A stretch of 64,000 nt of DNA from Macrostomum lignano (Eukaryota). The DNA is taken from NCBI GenBank assembly GCA_002269645.1, contig NIVC01001518.1, forward strand, positions 124,001 to 188,000. Direction: 5' to 3'. The notes below the pieces were generated by a model. The model was not told where the DNA came from. It saw only the letters and a list, made by a program, of their open reading frames with translations, and did no database searches. Both the position numbers and the translations under genes were made by a program. Shown here piece by piece: positions 1 through 13,058 of the stretch (its first letter is position 1; every line of letters begins with the position of its first letter).

Positions 1-557
1 TCCTTTGGAATGCTTCTAATAACGTCTTCAACGTGACGATCAAATATCCTGATAAGCTCTTCGTCAGTAGCGTCGAGGTCAAGTCGCAGTCGCTGATCGA
101 ACAGCACCGCCTTCAGCTTGACAATGTAGTACAGTCCAATCAGGTGAAACAGTGGGGTCAGCACCATCTGGATCACCTTGGCTAGTCGCAGAACTGTGCC
201 TCTCATGCTAGTTGCCCATCGTTTAGGATCGCGCACGCTCAGCACAAACCTCGCATCCGGATAGATCCTGGCCAAGTCTTTGTAGAACAGGCAAGCTGGA
301 AAATCTGCGGTAGCTTGGAAACCGCAGAATATTTTGTCAGCCAATTCTCTGGTCAAGCCGTTAGTTGAGGCCTGGTACCACAGCTTCAGATGCGAACGAT
401 TCTCGTGTAGAATATAGTCCATATGGTAGCACCTGCCACCCAGCAGGATCTCGAATGCTTTCATCTGCGAATTGGTGCCAGTGCGCATCAGGCCTACACT
501 GATCACCTGAAGATTGCTGCGATCCGTGTCCTCAAACTGACGCCTAGTTGACGTCAT
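1..557 (-). CDS. Sulfotransferase, SULT-OR/Sulfotransfer_4-like, copy 1 (3' end runs off the window)
   Basis: Manual translation from ATG at 557: MTSTRRQFED...VISVGLMRTGTNSQMKAFEILLGGRCYHM...ADFPACLFY...FVLSVRDPKRW...RSIPK, open to the window edge and paralogous to the other copies. Confidence 0.85.
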   Translation of the reverse strand, partial: MTSTRRQFEDTDRSNLQVISVGLMRTGTNSQMKAFEILLGGRCYHMDYILHENRSHLKLWYQASTNGLTRELADKIFCGFQATADFPACLFYKDLARIYPDARFVLSVRDPKRWATSMRGTVLRLAKVIQMVLTPLFHLIGLYYIVKLKAVLFDQRLRLDLDATDEELIRIFDRHVEDVIRSIPK

Positions 558-1853
558 GCTCAGTCAGTTTGGCTGGATGAGAAATCAGAAAGACAGGTTA
601 AAACAGGTCTGTGATAACACTAGTAGATATTGTTCCTGTTTGGACTATAGCTTGTGTTGCTTTTGTTTTAATTTGCTGACTTCAACTCGAGTTCTAAGGA
701 GTTGAGAACGGCAGAGTGCTCTCCAGAAACGATGCATTAATTAAAAGTTAAAATGTGAATATCCACATAAAGAACAAAACAAGCTATACACATATACAAT
801 ATTTGAGGTATTTTGTCAACTAGATGAACTTTAAACTTTGCTCAAAGGAGTCGGGTTTGAAGAATTGCCTCAAGAAGATCACAAAGGCGGTCATGGGTGC
901 AAGAGCTGGACTCTGGGGGGAGAAAAGTATGGAGACACTCACAGAGTTTGAAATGAAATTTTACAGAAGAATGCTTACGGCCATGTCGGCATCTTATAAA
1001 ATCTTACAACCTTGATAATACAATCGAATGCTCATTCTGTTGAGTTAAAAGCCCCGAATTCGAGCCAACTACTCGTAGTTCCGATCGCTAGAGTTTGAAC
1101 AGTAGTAGTAGTATAATAAGCTTTACACTAGATGTTTGTGCACTATGAAAATCAAAATCAAAACCAAAATCAATTAAAAATAGTCTCGGAATATTAATAA
1201 GTTTATTTATCACACATACAGCATCGTAAAAAAGGTTTATATAAATATATACGCTACTAATTCTATTGAGTGATTATTTATTCAGTAATAAAATTAATCT
1301 GAAAATTTAATAAAAATCCACTATATCGTACTAAAAATTATAAATCTAAATCACAACCCATTGTCCTAGAATGCTTTAATCAAGATAAATTTGTGATATA
1401 AAAAAATCGATTTATCACAAAAGACCATTAAAACGTTCTACAGTGAAAGCAACAAGGTGTAAAACTTGGATTCAGCAATATTGAAAAGTCTCAATCTTTG
1501 CGAGTGACGCAACTTAGCTACGCCGCGACAGACTTGCGTTGAGGAATGAAGTGGGGGGAGCTGTGTGCAAGGATTGGACGGATTACGAGAGCTATCCCAA
1601 TCAGTTTTCTCGTAGATTTTATTTCAGATTAGTCCAAAGAGAAATTGCACTGGCGCATAGAGTGGCGACTTTTCAATGTTGCTGAGTCTATTATTTAGAA
1701 GGCACCTTGTGATTGTCTAAAACTAAATAAAAAGTTGTAACGCCATATAATTCGATGTCTAATATTGAGAAGACATAAAAGTGGTAACTCGGAGATTTCT
1801 TCCTGCTTTCCGTTTGATTTTATACTTGGCAGCCTGGAATTGAAACCTACAAG

Positions 1854-2650
1854 TCAAGAAGACCACAGCTGAAGACAACGCTTAACACTGAACCAGACCG
1901 CAGCACCAGCAGCCGTACAGAAGGCCACATTCAGAACTGATCCGAAAAGTATAAATGAACCAATTTTACGTTGAAATTTTTGGTATCATTCACGCACGGG
2001 AATGGCACGTCCGGCACCGGTACATTCAAGAATTTGCACAACGGTTCCCAGCCGTCTGTGACTCTGAACACTAACAGGCGCTCCTTAGGAATAGTCCGAA
2101 TCACGGCTTCAGTGTGCCGATCAAAAGCGACAGCAAGTTCCTGGTCAGACATGCCTGGATTCATTCCCATTCTAGGGAACATTGCAGTTTGCAATTTGTC
2201 CATGTAATTGAAGCCAATTAGCCAGGCTATTGGGGGCAGGATGTGTTTGCCAGCTGATTGGGCCTTGTAAACTGTAGCCCGGACACTCTGCACCCAGCGT
2301 TCGGGCTCGCGGAGGCTAAGAATAAATTTGGCTTCAGGATAAATCTGCATCAACTCCGAATAGAAGTGAGCAGCTGGAAAGTCTGTGCAAGCTCGAAATT
2401 CGCTTAACATTTCGTCTGCGAGTTCTTTTGTGAGTCCTTCTGTAGCGGCTTTGAGCCACAGTTTCAAATGATGTCGCTTCTCCTCTATGATCACTTCCAT
2501 ATGGTAGCAGCGGCCGCCAAGCAGAATCTCTAGCGCCTTCATCTGCGAATTGGTGCCAGTTCGCATCAGGCCAGCGCCAATCACTATGGGGCCTGTTGAA
2601 GATTTCGATGCCTGAAAAAATAGCGTTGAATGCTTTGAGTTGTTAAACAT
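1854..2650 (-). CDS. Sulfotransferase copy 2, with a 1-nt frameshift near 1965 before the C-terminal hydrophobic tail
   Basis: ORF 1931-2650 has GLMRTGTNS, DFP, RxPxxW and DGWEPLC motifs. The homologous tail (FILFGSVLNVAFCTAAGAAVWFSVKRCLQLWSS*) lies in another frame ending at 1854. Confidence 0.8.
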
Positions 2651-2688
2651 GCTCTAGTCCCGTTAGCCAAGGCCAAGGCTAGCACAAA

Positions 2689-3789
2689 TTAGTGCTGGGG
2701 TCCTCAGTGTAGGATGAGGGTCATTGGTGTTGGGGTCCTCAGTGTAGGATGAGGGTCATTGGTGTTGGGGTCCTCTGTGTAGGATGAGGGTCATTGGTGT
2801 TGGGGTCCTCTGTGTAGGATGAGGGTCATTGGTGTTGGGGTACTCAGTGTAGGATGAGGGTCATTGGTGTTGGGGTCCTCAGTGTAGGATGTGGGTCATT
2901 GGTGTTGGTGTCCTCAGTGTAGGATGAGGGTCATTGGTGTTGGGGTCCTCAGTGTAGGATGAGGGTCATTGGTGTTGGGGTCCTCAGTGTAGGATGAGGG
3001 TCATTGGTGTTGGGGTCCTCAGTGTAGGATGAGGGTCATTGGTGTTGGGGTCCTCAGTGTAGGATGTGGGTCATTAGTGTTGGGTCCTCAGTGTAGGATG
3101 TGGGTCATTGGTGTTGGTGTCCTCAGTGTAGGATGTGGGTCATTGGTGTTGGGTCCTCAGTGTAGGATGAGGGTCATTGGTGTTGGTGTCCTCAGTGTAG
3201 GATGTGGGTCATTGGTGCTGGGTCCTCAGTGTAGGATGTGGGTCATCGGTGTTGGGTCCTCAGTGTAGGATGAGGGTCATTAGTGCTGGGTCCTCAGTGT
3301 AGGATGTGGGTCATTGGTGATTGGTGTTGGATTCTCAGTGTAGGATGTGGGTCATTGGTGTTGGTGTCCTCAGTGTAGGATGTGGGTCATTGGTGTTGGG
3401 TCCTCAGTGTAGGATGTGGGTCATTGGTGTTGGTGTCCTCAGTGTAGGATGTGGTCATTGGTGTTGGGTCCTCAGTGTAGGATGAGGGTCATTGGTGTTG
3501 GGGTCCTCAGTGTAGGATGAGGGTCATTGGTGTTGGGGTCCTCAGTGTAGGATGTGGGTCATTAGTGTTGGGTCCTCAGTGTAGGATGTGGGTCATTGGT
3601 GTTGGTGTCCTCAGTGTAGGATGTGGGTCATTGGTGTTGGTGTCCTCAGTGTAGGATGTGGGTCATTAGTGTTGGGTCCTCAGTGTAGGATGTGGGTCAT
3701 TGGTGTTGGGGTCCTCAGTGTAGGATGTGGGTCATTGGTGTTGGGGTCCTCAGTGTAGGATGTGGGTCATTGGTGTTGGGGTCCTCAGT
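2689..3789. repeat. Minisatellite, 34-35-bp unit (GGGTCATTGGTGTTGGGGTCCTCAGTGTAGGATGA), ~31 copies
   Basis: Direct tandem periodicity; begins ~40 bp upstream of the copy 2 ATG. Confidence 0.95.
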
Positions 3790-4765
3790 TTAGACTTTGG
3801 GATTTGCAAGTTTGTTAACCACCCTAAAATAAACATAATAGAATATGACTGAAAATAAATATAATAAATGAGTAGAGTATTGAAGTATTGAAGAGTGTCT
3901 ATCTGTGTCTATCTGTGTTAAAAGGGACGCTAAAAAACTCTCTGAGTTAGATGGCATCATTAAAACAAAGTTGCTAAAATCAGTTAACCATGCATAAAAA
4001 TAAGCTCACTCCATCGAACGAATTAAAAACAATTTGCTAAATAAATAAATATATAGAAGTTTGTGCGAGTCTAAAATAGAATCAATGATGAAGAACAGAC
4101 TACAGACGAAAGAGTCTAAAAATCTTGTTAAACTTTAGCACAAAGACTAAGCAAGCAAGGAATAGCAATTCTCTGTTGTCAGGACTAAAAAATTATGAAT
4201 TCCACCTCTCTACAAAATTCCAATATTATATACTCGTAAAACTTGGCATATGTAGCAGATAATTTATTTGATTCATTAAATAGCCAATTAATTTACAAAC
4301 TCTAATTCATGATCTGAGTCCAAATCGACAAAAAAAATTGTCAGATCGGCGTACTATAAACGTAGAGTCGAGACACCCAAATCTAGGTAACTTTCTTTGA
4401 GCTTTATCGAATATCGAATATCAGACTAGCTTTGATAATTTTGTTATTTTGTTTAATCAATTGAAAAATTCAAATATGACCTGGAGTCATTTTATAATAC
4501 AATCTTTTTTAACTTGTTTGTGTGATTGTCATGAAATGTAATCAACCATATTCAAGTACATATTCAATAACGGCATGACTCAAACTCTTCTCTTCTAGTA
4601 TCTAAGTTTCTATTCGACTATATTTCTTTGATCGATTCTATTCGATCAAAGTCTACCCAGATGGCGAAACAACCTCGGACCCAGCGCAGGTTGGTTTCAA
4701 ATCAAATCTTCTACAAGTCCAGAAGTTAAGGACGGAAACTTTAGATAAATCGGAAGCCGCTTAAC

Positions 4766-5509
4766 TTAAAAATACTTTCTCAGGCAGTATTTGGCCCCAA
4801 ACCAAGCAGCAGAGCCGACAGCGGCATAAAAGCCGGCATTGAGTACAACGCCAGCAACTCGAACAATCTGAGTCCTGCGTCGGAACTGCTTCGTGTCGTT
4901 CACATTCGGAAACGGCACATCCGGCACGGGCAAGCCTAAAAACTTGCACAATGGTTCCCAACCGTCAGACACTTGAAATACCAACAGTCTGTCCTTAGGA
5001 ATTGTCTGCTTGACAGCTTCAACGTGTCATTCGTACGCAGCGATCATCTCTTGCTCGGACATGTCAAACCGGAAGCCCAGACGCTGCTCAAGGATCAAGT
5101 CAATGACAGGTACAGAGGAAGACATGCCTAGGAGCCAATCTACTGGTTTCGGAATCTTCAGCTGTACACTTCTCAGCTCGGCAATGGTGCTGCGAACGCT
5201 TACAACCCAACGTTTGGGATCTCGAATGCTGAGTACAAACTTTGCGTTGGGATAAATCTTCATCAATTCTGGATAGAAGTGAGCAGCTGGAAAGTCTGTC
5301 GAAGCTCGAAAATCGCCCAGAATCTTTTCAGCAAGCTCTTTAGTTAAGCCTCCCTTGGCGGCCTGGTACCAAAGCTTCAGATCATTTCTTCGCTCTTTCG
5401 CAATCACCTCCATATGGTAGCAGCGGCCGCCAAGCAGAATCTCCAGCGCCTTCATCTGCGAATTGGTGCCAGTTCGCATTAGGCCGGCGCCAATCACTAC
5501 GGGGCCTAT
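4766..5509 (-). pseudogene. Sulfotransferase copy 3, probable pseudogene
   Basis: ORFs 5027-5497 and 4766-4984 share a frame, separated by TGA at AYE*H (paralogues have R, so likely CGA>TGA). An in-frame TAG at 5510-5512 precedes GPVVIG and no in-frame ATG start is seen. Confidence 0.75.
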
Positions 5510-6193
5510 CTATTTTAACATCTCTGTTACACATTGTTACAGTCAGCTAAGAATGACAAAATAGATTCATAAAACCAATGAGTCGAGCCATGCCACGCTT
5601 TCTTATTTTTAAGAACTGGATGGACATGTAATAATTAGGCTAAAAATTAACATAGAACCTTAATCTCCTTAACTAAAAGCTTTATGAATACCAATAGAGC
5701 TATGAGAAAGGCAAAGCATATCAAAAGATGAACACTGGGCCTGCCTACTATCAAAAGCAATAACACAATTTTTACGCTAGAAAACGTCAAACCCTTACCT
5801 ATAACTGTAATATATTTTGGTCGGTAACTGGTCGGTAATATTATATTATATTATATATAATGGTCAGTTACCGACACACTTATTGGGCTTTAACTTAGTG
5901 CAAAAAAGAGAAAGAAAACGCCTAATGTGACAAAGTTATGAAAGGCGAATTTATTGAAATTGTAATAAAACTCGCAACAGGTCAGCTGTGCAAATAATTT
6001 TCGCTAGTTGTAAAATTTCGTTACATAATCTAAAATTGTTGTGAAATTTGTTAAAATTAAACAAAATGAAAAGCGTTCAAATAAAACTACAAGAAAACTT
6101 TTTAAGAGAGTTCTTTTCAACCGTAAGTTTCGAAATCTATACTTTTAGCAATGTAAAATCACATTTATTGAGAGTTAATAAATTAGCTTAAGA

Positions 6194-8141
6194 AGCCTTC
6201 TATTGTATCGGTCAAGCAAACCTACGCAGACAGCACTTCACACCGAACCAGCAGCCTTCTATTGTATAGGTCAGGCAAACCTACGCAGACAGCACTTCAC
6301 ACCGAACCAGCAGCCTTCTATTGTATAGGTCAAGCAAACCTACGCAGACAGCACTTCAGACCAAACCAGCAGCCTTCTATTGTATAGGTCAAGCAAACCT
6401 ACGCAGACAGCACTTCAGACCAAACCAGCAGCCTTCTATTGTATAGGTCAAGCAAACCTACGCAGACAGCACTTCACACCGAACCAGCAGCCTTCTATTG
6501 TATAGGTCAGGCAAACCTACGCAGACAGCACTTCACACCGAACCAGCAGCCTTCTATTGTATAGGTCAGGCAAACCTACGCAGACAGCACTTCAGACCAA
6601 ACCAGCAGCCTTCTATTGTATAGGTCAAGCAAACCTACGCAGACAGCACTTCACACCGAACCAGCAGCCTTCTATTGTATAGGTCAAGCAAACCTACGCA
6701 GACAGCACTTCAGACCAAACCAGCAGCCTTCTATTGTATAGGTCAAGCAAACCTACGCAGACAGCACTTCAGACCAAACCAGCAGCCTTCTATTGTATAG
6801 GTCAAGCAAACCTACGCAGACAGCACTTCAGACCAAACCAGCAGCCTTCTATTGTATAGGTCAAGCAAACCTACGCAGACAGCACTTCAGACCAAACCAG
6901 CAGCCTTCATATTGTATCGGTCAAGCAAACCTACGCAGACAGCACTTCACACCGAACCAGCAGCCTTCTATTGTATAGGTCAAGCAAACCTACGCAGACA
7001 GCACTTCAGACCAAACCAGCAGCCTTCTATTGTATAGGTCAAGCAAACCTACGCAGACAGCACTTCAGACCGAACCAGCAGCCTTCTATTGTATAGGTCA
7101 AGCAAACCTACGCAGACAGCACTTCACACCAAACCAGCAGCCTTCTATTGTATAGGTCAAGCAAACCTACGCAGACAGCACTTCAGACCAAACCAGCAGC
7201 CTTCATATTGTATCGGTCAAGCAAACCTACGCAGACAGCACTTCACACCGAACCAGCAGCCTTCTATTGTATAGGTCAAGCAAACCTACGCAGACAGCAC
7301 TTCAGACCAAACCAGCAGCCTTCTATTGTATAGGTCAAGCAAACCTACGCAGACAGCACTTCAGACCAAACCAGCAGCCTTCTATTGTATAGGTCAAGCA
7401 AACCTACGCAGACAGCACTTCAGACCGAACCAGCAGCCTTCTATTGTATAGGTCAAGCAAACCTACGCAGACAGCACTTCAGACCAAACCAGCAGCCTTC
7501 TATTGTATAGGTCAAGCAAACCTACGCAGACAGCACTTCACACCGAACCAGCAGCCTTCTATTGTATAGGTCAAGCAAACCTACGCAGACAGCACTTCAC
7601 ACCGAACCAGCAGCCTTCTATTGTATAGGTCAAGCAAACCTACGCAGACAGCACTTCAGACCAAACCAGCAGCCTTCTATTGTATCGGTCAAGCAAACCT
7701 ACGCAGACAGCACTTCAGACCGAACCAGCAGCCTTCTATTGTATAGGTCAGGCAAACCTACGCAGACAGCACTTCACACCGAACCAGCAGCCTTCTATTG
7801 TATAGGTCAGGCAAACCTACGCAGACAGCACTTCAGACCAAACCAGCAGCCTTCTATTGTATAGGTCAAGCAAACCTACGCAGACAGCACTTCAGACCAA
7901 ACCAGCAGCCTTCTATTGTATAGGTCAAGCAAACCTACGCAGACAGCACTTCAGACCGAACCAGCAGCCTTCTATTGTATAGGTCAAGCAAACCTACGCA
8001 GACAGCACTTCAGACCAAACCAGCAGCCTTCTATTGTATAGGTCAAGCAAACCTACGCAGACAGCATTTCAGACCGAACCAGCAGCATTCATATTGTATC
8101 GGTCAAGCAAATCTACGCAGACAGCACTTCAGACCAAACCA
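6194..8141. repeat. Tandem array, 59-bp unit, ~33 copies, derived from the 3' end of sulfotransferase copy 4
   Basis: Unit AGCAGCCTTCTATTGTATAGGTCAAGCAAACCTACGCAGACAGCACTTCAGACCAAACC; its reverse complement encodes FGLKCCLRRFA*. Confidence 0.95.
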
Positions 8142-8879
8142 GACAGCAAGGCCCACAGCCGAGCAGAAGCCGAAATTAGCAAGAGCACTAATTGTGTAAA
8201 AGCCAATGGCTTTCTTCTGAAATTCAGCAGTATCATTCACATTTGGAAACGGTACATCGGGTACCGGCAGCTCCAGGAAGTTGCACAATGGTTCCCAACC
8301 ATCCGAAACTCGAAACACTAACAGTCGCTCTTTGGGAATAGTTCGAATCACCGCCTCGGTGTGACGGTTAAACGCTTCAATCAATTCTTTGTCTGTCATG
8401 TCCACTCGAATACCCAATCGCGAGTCGAAGATGTTGTGATGCAACGGCAGAAAGTAGGTCAGATTGAGAAGCCACAACGATGGGGCCAGCATACAACCCA
8501 TAGCCTTCATACCCTTAAAGATGGTACTGCGAACGCTCTCAACCCATCGTTGGGGATCGCGAACGCTCAGCACAAACTTGGCATTGGGATAAATCTTGAG
8601 TAGCTCAGGATAGAAAGCCGCTACAGGAAAGTCTGTTGTAGCAACAAAACCGTCAAAGATTTGGTCAGCCAGCTGTTTTGTTAAACCCTCTTTGGCAGCC
8701 TGATTCCACAGCTTCAAGTGGTGTCGCTTCTGTTTCATGATTACGAACATATGGTAGCACCGGCCGCCAAGCAGAATCTCCAGCGCCTTCATCTGCGAGT
8801 TGGTGCCAGTTCGCATCAGGCCAACACCAAACACCAATGGACCCGTAGTGGACTGTTGCAACTTGCTATCAAGAGACAT
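8103..8879 (-). CDS. Sulfotransferase copy 4, intact (258 aa from ATG 8879), C-terminal hydrophobic anchor
   Basis: Uninterrupted ORF with all family motifs. The track's 8981 start is a TTG; the first ATG is MSLDSK. Confidence 0.9.
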   Translation of the reverse strand: MSLDSKLQQSTTGPLVFGVGLMRTGTNSQMKALEILLGGRCYHMFVIMKQKRHHLKLWNQAAKEGLTKQLADQIFDGFVATTDFPVAAFYPELLKIYPNAKFVLSVRDPQRWVESVRSTIFKGMKAMGCMLAPSLWLLNLTYFLPLHHNIFDSRLGIRVDMTDKELIEAFNRHTEAVIRTIPKERLLVFRVSDGWEPLCNFLELPVPDVPFPNVNDTAEFQKKAIGFYTISALANFGFCSAVGLAVWFGLKCCLRRFA

Positions 8880-9964
8880 TGCGCTTGCTTGCGATTCAGT
8901 TGATGTTAAACAATAAAAAACGATAGCAGAAATAATTGCGCAAAGGTTACGCTTAGCTCTGAGGCACTGTGGTGGTCGCAACTCACACCCACGGATACTA
9001 GAATAACTAGACTAGATGGGCCACTCAGCAAATTTGCGTGTAAGCTACTTTCAGTTCAGTAGCAAGTTACACGGAAGAATTTTAATGTATTTTAAAAGAC
9101 AAGGTTTATTTATTGTCTCTTACACCCCCAAGCTTAAACCCTCAAACTCCACACGGAACCTCTACCCCCGCCCCACCGCCCAATTTTTATTACCCTACTC
9201 GGTTGTTCCAATCTAAAGCTGCCATGTACATATCAGTGGACTGGCTAATGTACATTATGGCTGAACCAATTAGCAAGCTGTTTACGCCTGCAAGCTTGGG
9301 CTTCTAAACTTATCGAAGTCATTTCAGCTGCCATTATTTTTATAAAATAACGTACGTATTCTTTATTGCTACTGAACTGAAAGTAGAAAGCTGTTTTACC
9401 AAGTATATATGACTGAGTGGCCCATTTAGTTATTCTAGTATCTGTGCTCACACCCAAAAAATTAATTTTCAACTTTTGGAGATAAAAACGTTCAAGTACG
9501 AATGCACTCGTACCAGACTTTTCAAAATCCATTTTTACTTTTATGAAGATTCTAAGATATACAGCTACATTTGAGCTGGGTGACGAACTTGCTTAAACCC
9601 TCGTAACTAACCAAGGCCAACTGTGCTTAACTTAATTCGCTAACACATGGAGGAACAAAACTTCAATGCAAAATGAGTGCTAGCTTGAAAAAAATTAGCA
9701 AAGAAATAACAAACAGACTAAAGATACACGTTTTATTAGTTTCCATTAGTAACTAGAAATAAAATGGACACGCTGTACTTTTTTTGCAAATTGTAAACTA
9801 AAATAATAACAGTATAGAATGGTATAATACCGTGACTAGGTATAGCAATGGAAATGAATAAATATTAACATATCTAGTGATAAAGAAATGCGCTAATTAT
9901 ATTGTGGTTTCTTTAAAATAGATTGTAACTATTCAGATTTTTACCGCGTAAAGTATTATTGGTT

Positions 9965-11115
9965 ATTGGGATATTCCTGAAGGATGGTTTATGGGATATT
10001 CCTGAAGGATGGTTTATGGGATATTCCTGAAGGATGGTTTATGGGATATTCCTGAAGGATGGTTTATGGGAGAATCCTGAAGGATGGTTTATGGGATATT
10101 CCTGAAGGATGGTTTATGGGATATTCCTGAAGAATGGTTTATGGGATATTCCTGAAGGATGGTTTATGGGAGAATCCTGAAGGATGGTTTATGGGAGATT
10201 TTTGAAGGATGATTTATAAGAGAATCCTGAAGGATGGTTTATGGGAGAATCCTAAAGGATGGTTTATGGGAGAATCCTGAAGGATGGTTTATGGGAGATT
10301 TTTGAAGGATGGTTTATGGGATATTCCTGAAGGATGGTTTATGGGAGATTTTTGAAGGATGATTTATGGGAGAATCCTGAAGGATGGTTTATGGGAGATT
10401 TTTGAAGGATGGTTTATGGGAGAATCCTGAAGGATGGTTTATGGGAGATTTTTGAAGGATGGTTTATGGGAGAATCCTGAAGGATGGTTTATGGGAGATT
10501 TTTGAAGGATGGTTTATGGGAGAATCCTGAAGGATGATTTATGGGAGAATCCTGAAGGATTGTTTATGGGAGATTTTTGAAGGATGATTTATGGGAGAAT
10601 CCTGAAGGATGGTTTATGGGAGAATCCTGAAGGATGGTTTATGGGAGATTTTTGAAGGATGGTTTATGGGATATTCCTGAAGGATGGTTTATGGGAGATT
10701 TTTGAAGGATGATTTATGGGAGAATCCTGAAGGATGGTTTATGGGAGATTTTTGAAGGATGGTTTATGGGATATTCCTGAAGGATGGTTTATGGGAGATT
10801 TTTGAAGGATGATTTATGGGAGAATCCTGAAGGATGGTTTATGGGAGATTTTTGAAGGATGGTTTATGGGAGAATCCTGAAGGATGGTTTATGGGAGATT
10901 TTTGAAGGATGGTTTATGGGAGAATCCTAAAGGATGATTTATGGGAGAATCCTGAAGGATGGTTTATGGGAGATTTTTGAAGGATGATTTATGGGAGAAT
11001 CTTGAAGGATGGTTTATGGGAGATTTTTGAAGGATGGTTTATGGGAGAATCCTGAAGGATGGTTTATGGGAGAATCCTGAAGGATGGTTTATGGGAGAAT
11101 CATGAAGGATGACTT
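9965..11115. repeat. Minisatellite, 25-bp unit (GGGAGAATCCTGAAGGATGGTTTAT and variants), ~46 copies
   Basis: Direct periodicity; ends ~90 bp downstream of the copy 5 stop. Confidence 0.95.
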
Positions 11116-11201
11116 ATAGTAGATTCTTAAGCCGACAAAGCCAAAAAGAGAGGCAATGCACTTAAGTCGTGAACTTATTGATAAAAAATATTTTGCAGAT
11201 G

Positions 11202-12026
11202 TCAACCAAACCGGCGCAGAGCGAACTTCAACCCAAACCAGACAATCGCCCCAGCAACCGAGCAGACAGCCAAATTAGTAGTGACACTGGCCATATCGAT
11301 GAAGTGAGCAAAGAACACAAACTCATTAGTGTCTTTAATATGCGGAAACGGTCGATCGGGCACAGGTACACCCAGGTAGCTGCACAGAGGCTCCCAACCA
11401 TCGGTGACTCGATAGATCAACAGTCGATCTTTAGGAATCGTTCTTTGTACAGCTTCAGCATGCCGTTCAAAAGCAGCGGTCATCTCCTCTTCAGTCATGT
11501 CAAAATTGAACACGAATCTAGATTGAAATATAGCATCGTGTAACAGTTGGAAGTAGCTGAGATCCCACAGCCACCGAGTCAAAGGTAACATCCGGCCCAC
11601 AGCTCGATAGACACGACCAATAGTGAGTTTCATGCTATTCGACCAACGCTTGGGATCGCGAAGGCTTAAAATGAACTTCGCCTCGGGATAAATCTGCGCC
11701 AACTCGGCGTAAAACATTGCCGTAGGAAAATCTGCTGCCGCAACAAAACCGTCAAATATTTGATCGGCTAGTTCTTTAGTCAGGCCCTGAGTAGCGGCTT
11801 TGTGCCACAGTTTGAAATGATCCCGCCTCTCAGACATTATCACCTGCATGTGATAGCAACGACCGTTTAGAAGTCTCTCCAAGGCTTTCATCTGCGAATT
11901 GGTGCCAGTTCGCATCAGGCCTGTGCATATCACTTTTGGCCCACCCTGCGACTGCTCACTTTGAGTATCCGGTTCTGTCATGAGTAGTTTCGATTTTTTT
12001 ATTGCTGGTCTGCTTTTGATTTGCAT
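11202..12026 (-). CDS. Sulfotransferase copy 5, intact, C-terminal hydrophobic anchor
   Basis: 274-aa ORF: ICTGLMRTGTNSQ, ADFP, LRDPKRW, DGWEPLC, tail VAGAIVWFGLKFALRRFG*. Start may be M1 or M16. Confidence 0.9.
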   Translation of the reverse strand: MQIKSRPAIKKSKLLMTEPDTQSEQSQGGPKVICTGLMRTGTNSQMKALERLLNGRCYHMQVIMSERRDHFKLWHKAATQGLTKELADQIFDGFVAAADFPTAMFYAELAQIYPEAKFILSLRDPKRWSNSMKLTIGRVYRAVGRMLPLTRWLWDLSYFQLLHDAIFQSRFVFNFDMTEEEMTAAFERHAEAVQRTIPKDRLLIYRVTDGWEPLCSYLGVPVPDRPFPHIKDTNEFVFFAHFIDMASVTTNLAVCSVAGAIVWFGLKFALRRFG

Positions 12027-12119
12027 AAATAGAGGTTTATATATTGTTTAAGGAATTTTGTGAAGAAACAAAAAAGACCATCCTTTATGAACAAAAATAA
12101 ATGGTAATTAGACTCTTGT

Positions 12120-12850
12120 GGGAAATTAGACGATACTTTTGAGGGAAATAAGAGACTCTTTATGGCGAATTAGAGGACACTATTGAGGGGAGTTAGAGGA
12201 GACTCTTGAAGGGAATTAGAGGAGACTCTTGAGGGGAATTAGAGGAGACTCTTGAAGGGAATTAGAGGAGACTCTTGAGGAGAATTAGAGGACACTATTG
12301 ATGGGAATTAGAGGAGACTCTTGAGGAGAATTAGAGGACACTATTGATGGGAATTAGAGGAGACTCTTGAGAGGAATTAGAGGAGACTCTTGAGGGGAAT
12401 TAGAGGAGACTCTTGAGAGGAATTAGAGGAGACTCTTGAGGGGAATTAGAGGAGACTCTTAAGGAGAACTAGATGAGAATCTTGATGGGAATTAGGAGAC
12501 TCTTGATGGGAATTAGAAGAATCTCTTGAGGGGAATTAGAGGACACTATTTAGGGGAATTAGAGACTCTTGAGGGGAATTAGAGGACACTATTGATGGGA
12601 ATTAGAGGAGACTCTTGAGGGGAATTAGAGGAGAATCTTGAGAGGAATTAGACGGCACTATTTAGGGGAATTAGAGGAGACTCTTGAGGGGAATTAGACG
12701 GCACTATTTAGGGGAATTAGAGGAGACTCTTGAGGGGAATTAGACGGCACTATTTAGGGGAATTAGAGGAGACTCTTGAGAGAACTTAGGAAACTTTCAA
12801 GGAGAATTAGAGGAGGCTCTTAAATGAATTAGAGACTCTAGAGAGGAATT
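12120..12850. repeat. Minisatellite, 23-bp unit (GAGGAGACTCTTGAGGGGAATTA)
   Basis: Direct periodicity with degenerate ends. Confidence 0.9.
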
Positions 12851-13058
12851 ATGAATGTCCATCGATGGAAATCAGAGGATTGACATAGTGAAAATACTAT
12901 AGTGATAAAGCTCATATGTTATCGACGTGATAAAGGCTGTTGAAAAACTATTTATTCAAATAAATAATCAGTTAAGATTGAAAAACTCCTATCAATAACT
13001 ATAAAAAATGAATAATTATTCCATTGAGTTAATTGCATAAAAAATGCAATTGAGATTG

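Noticed and set aside
5027-5029. Selenocysteine or readthrough TGA in SULT copy 3
   Set aside because: Paralogues have Arg here, so CGA>TGA is simpler; the copy also lacks an in-frame start.
8880-8981. Signal-peptide extension on SULT copy 4
   Set aside because: It depends on a TTG start; the paralogues begin close to the P-loop.
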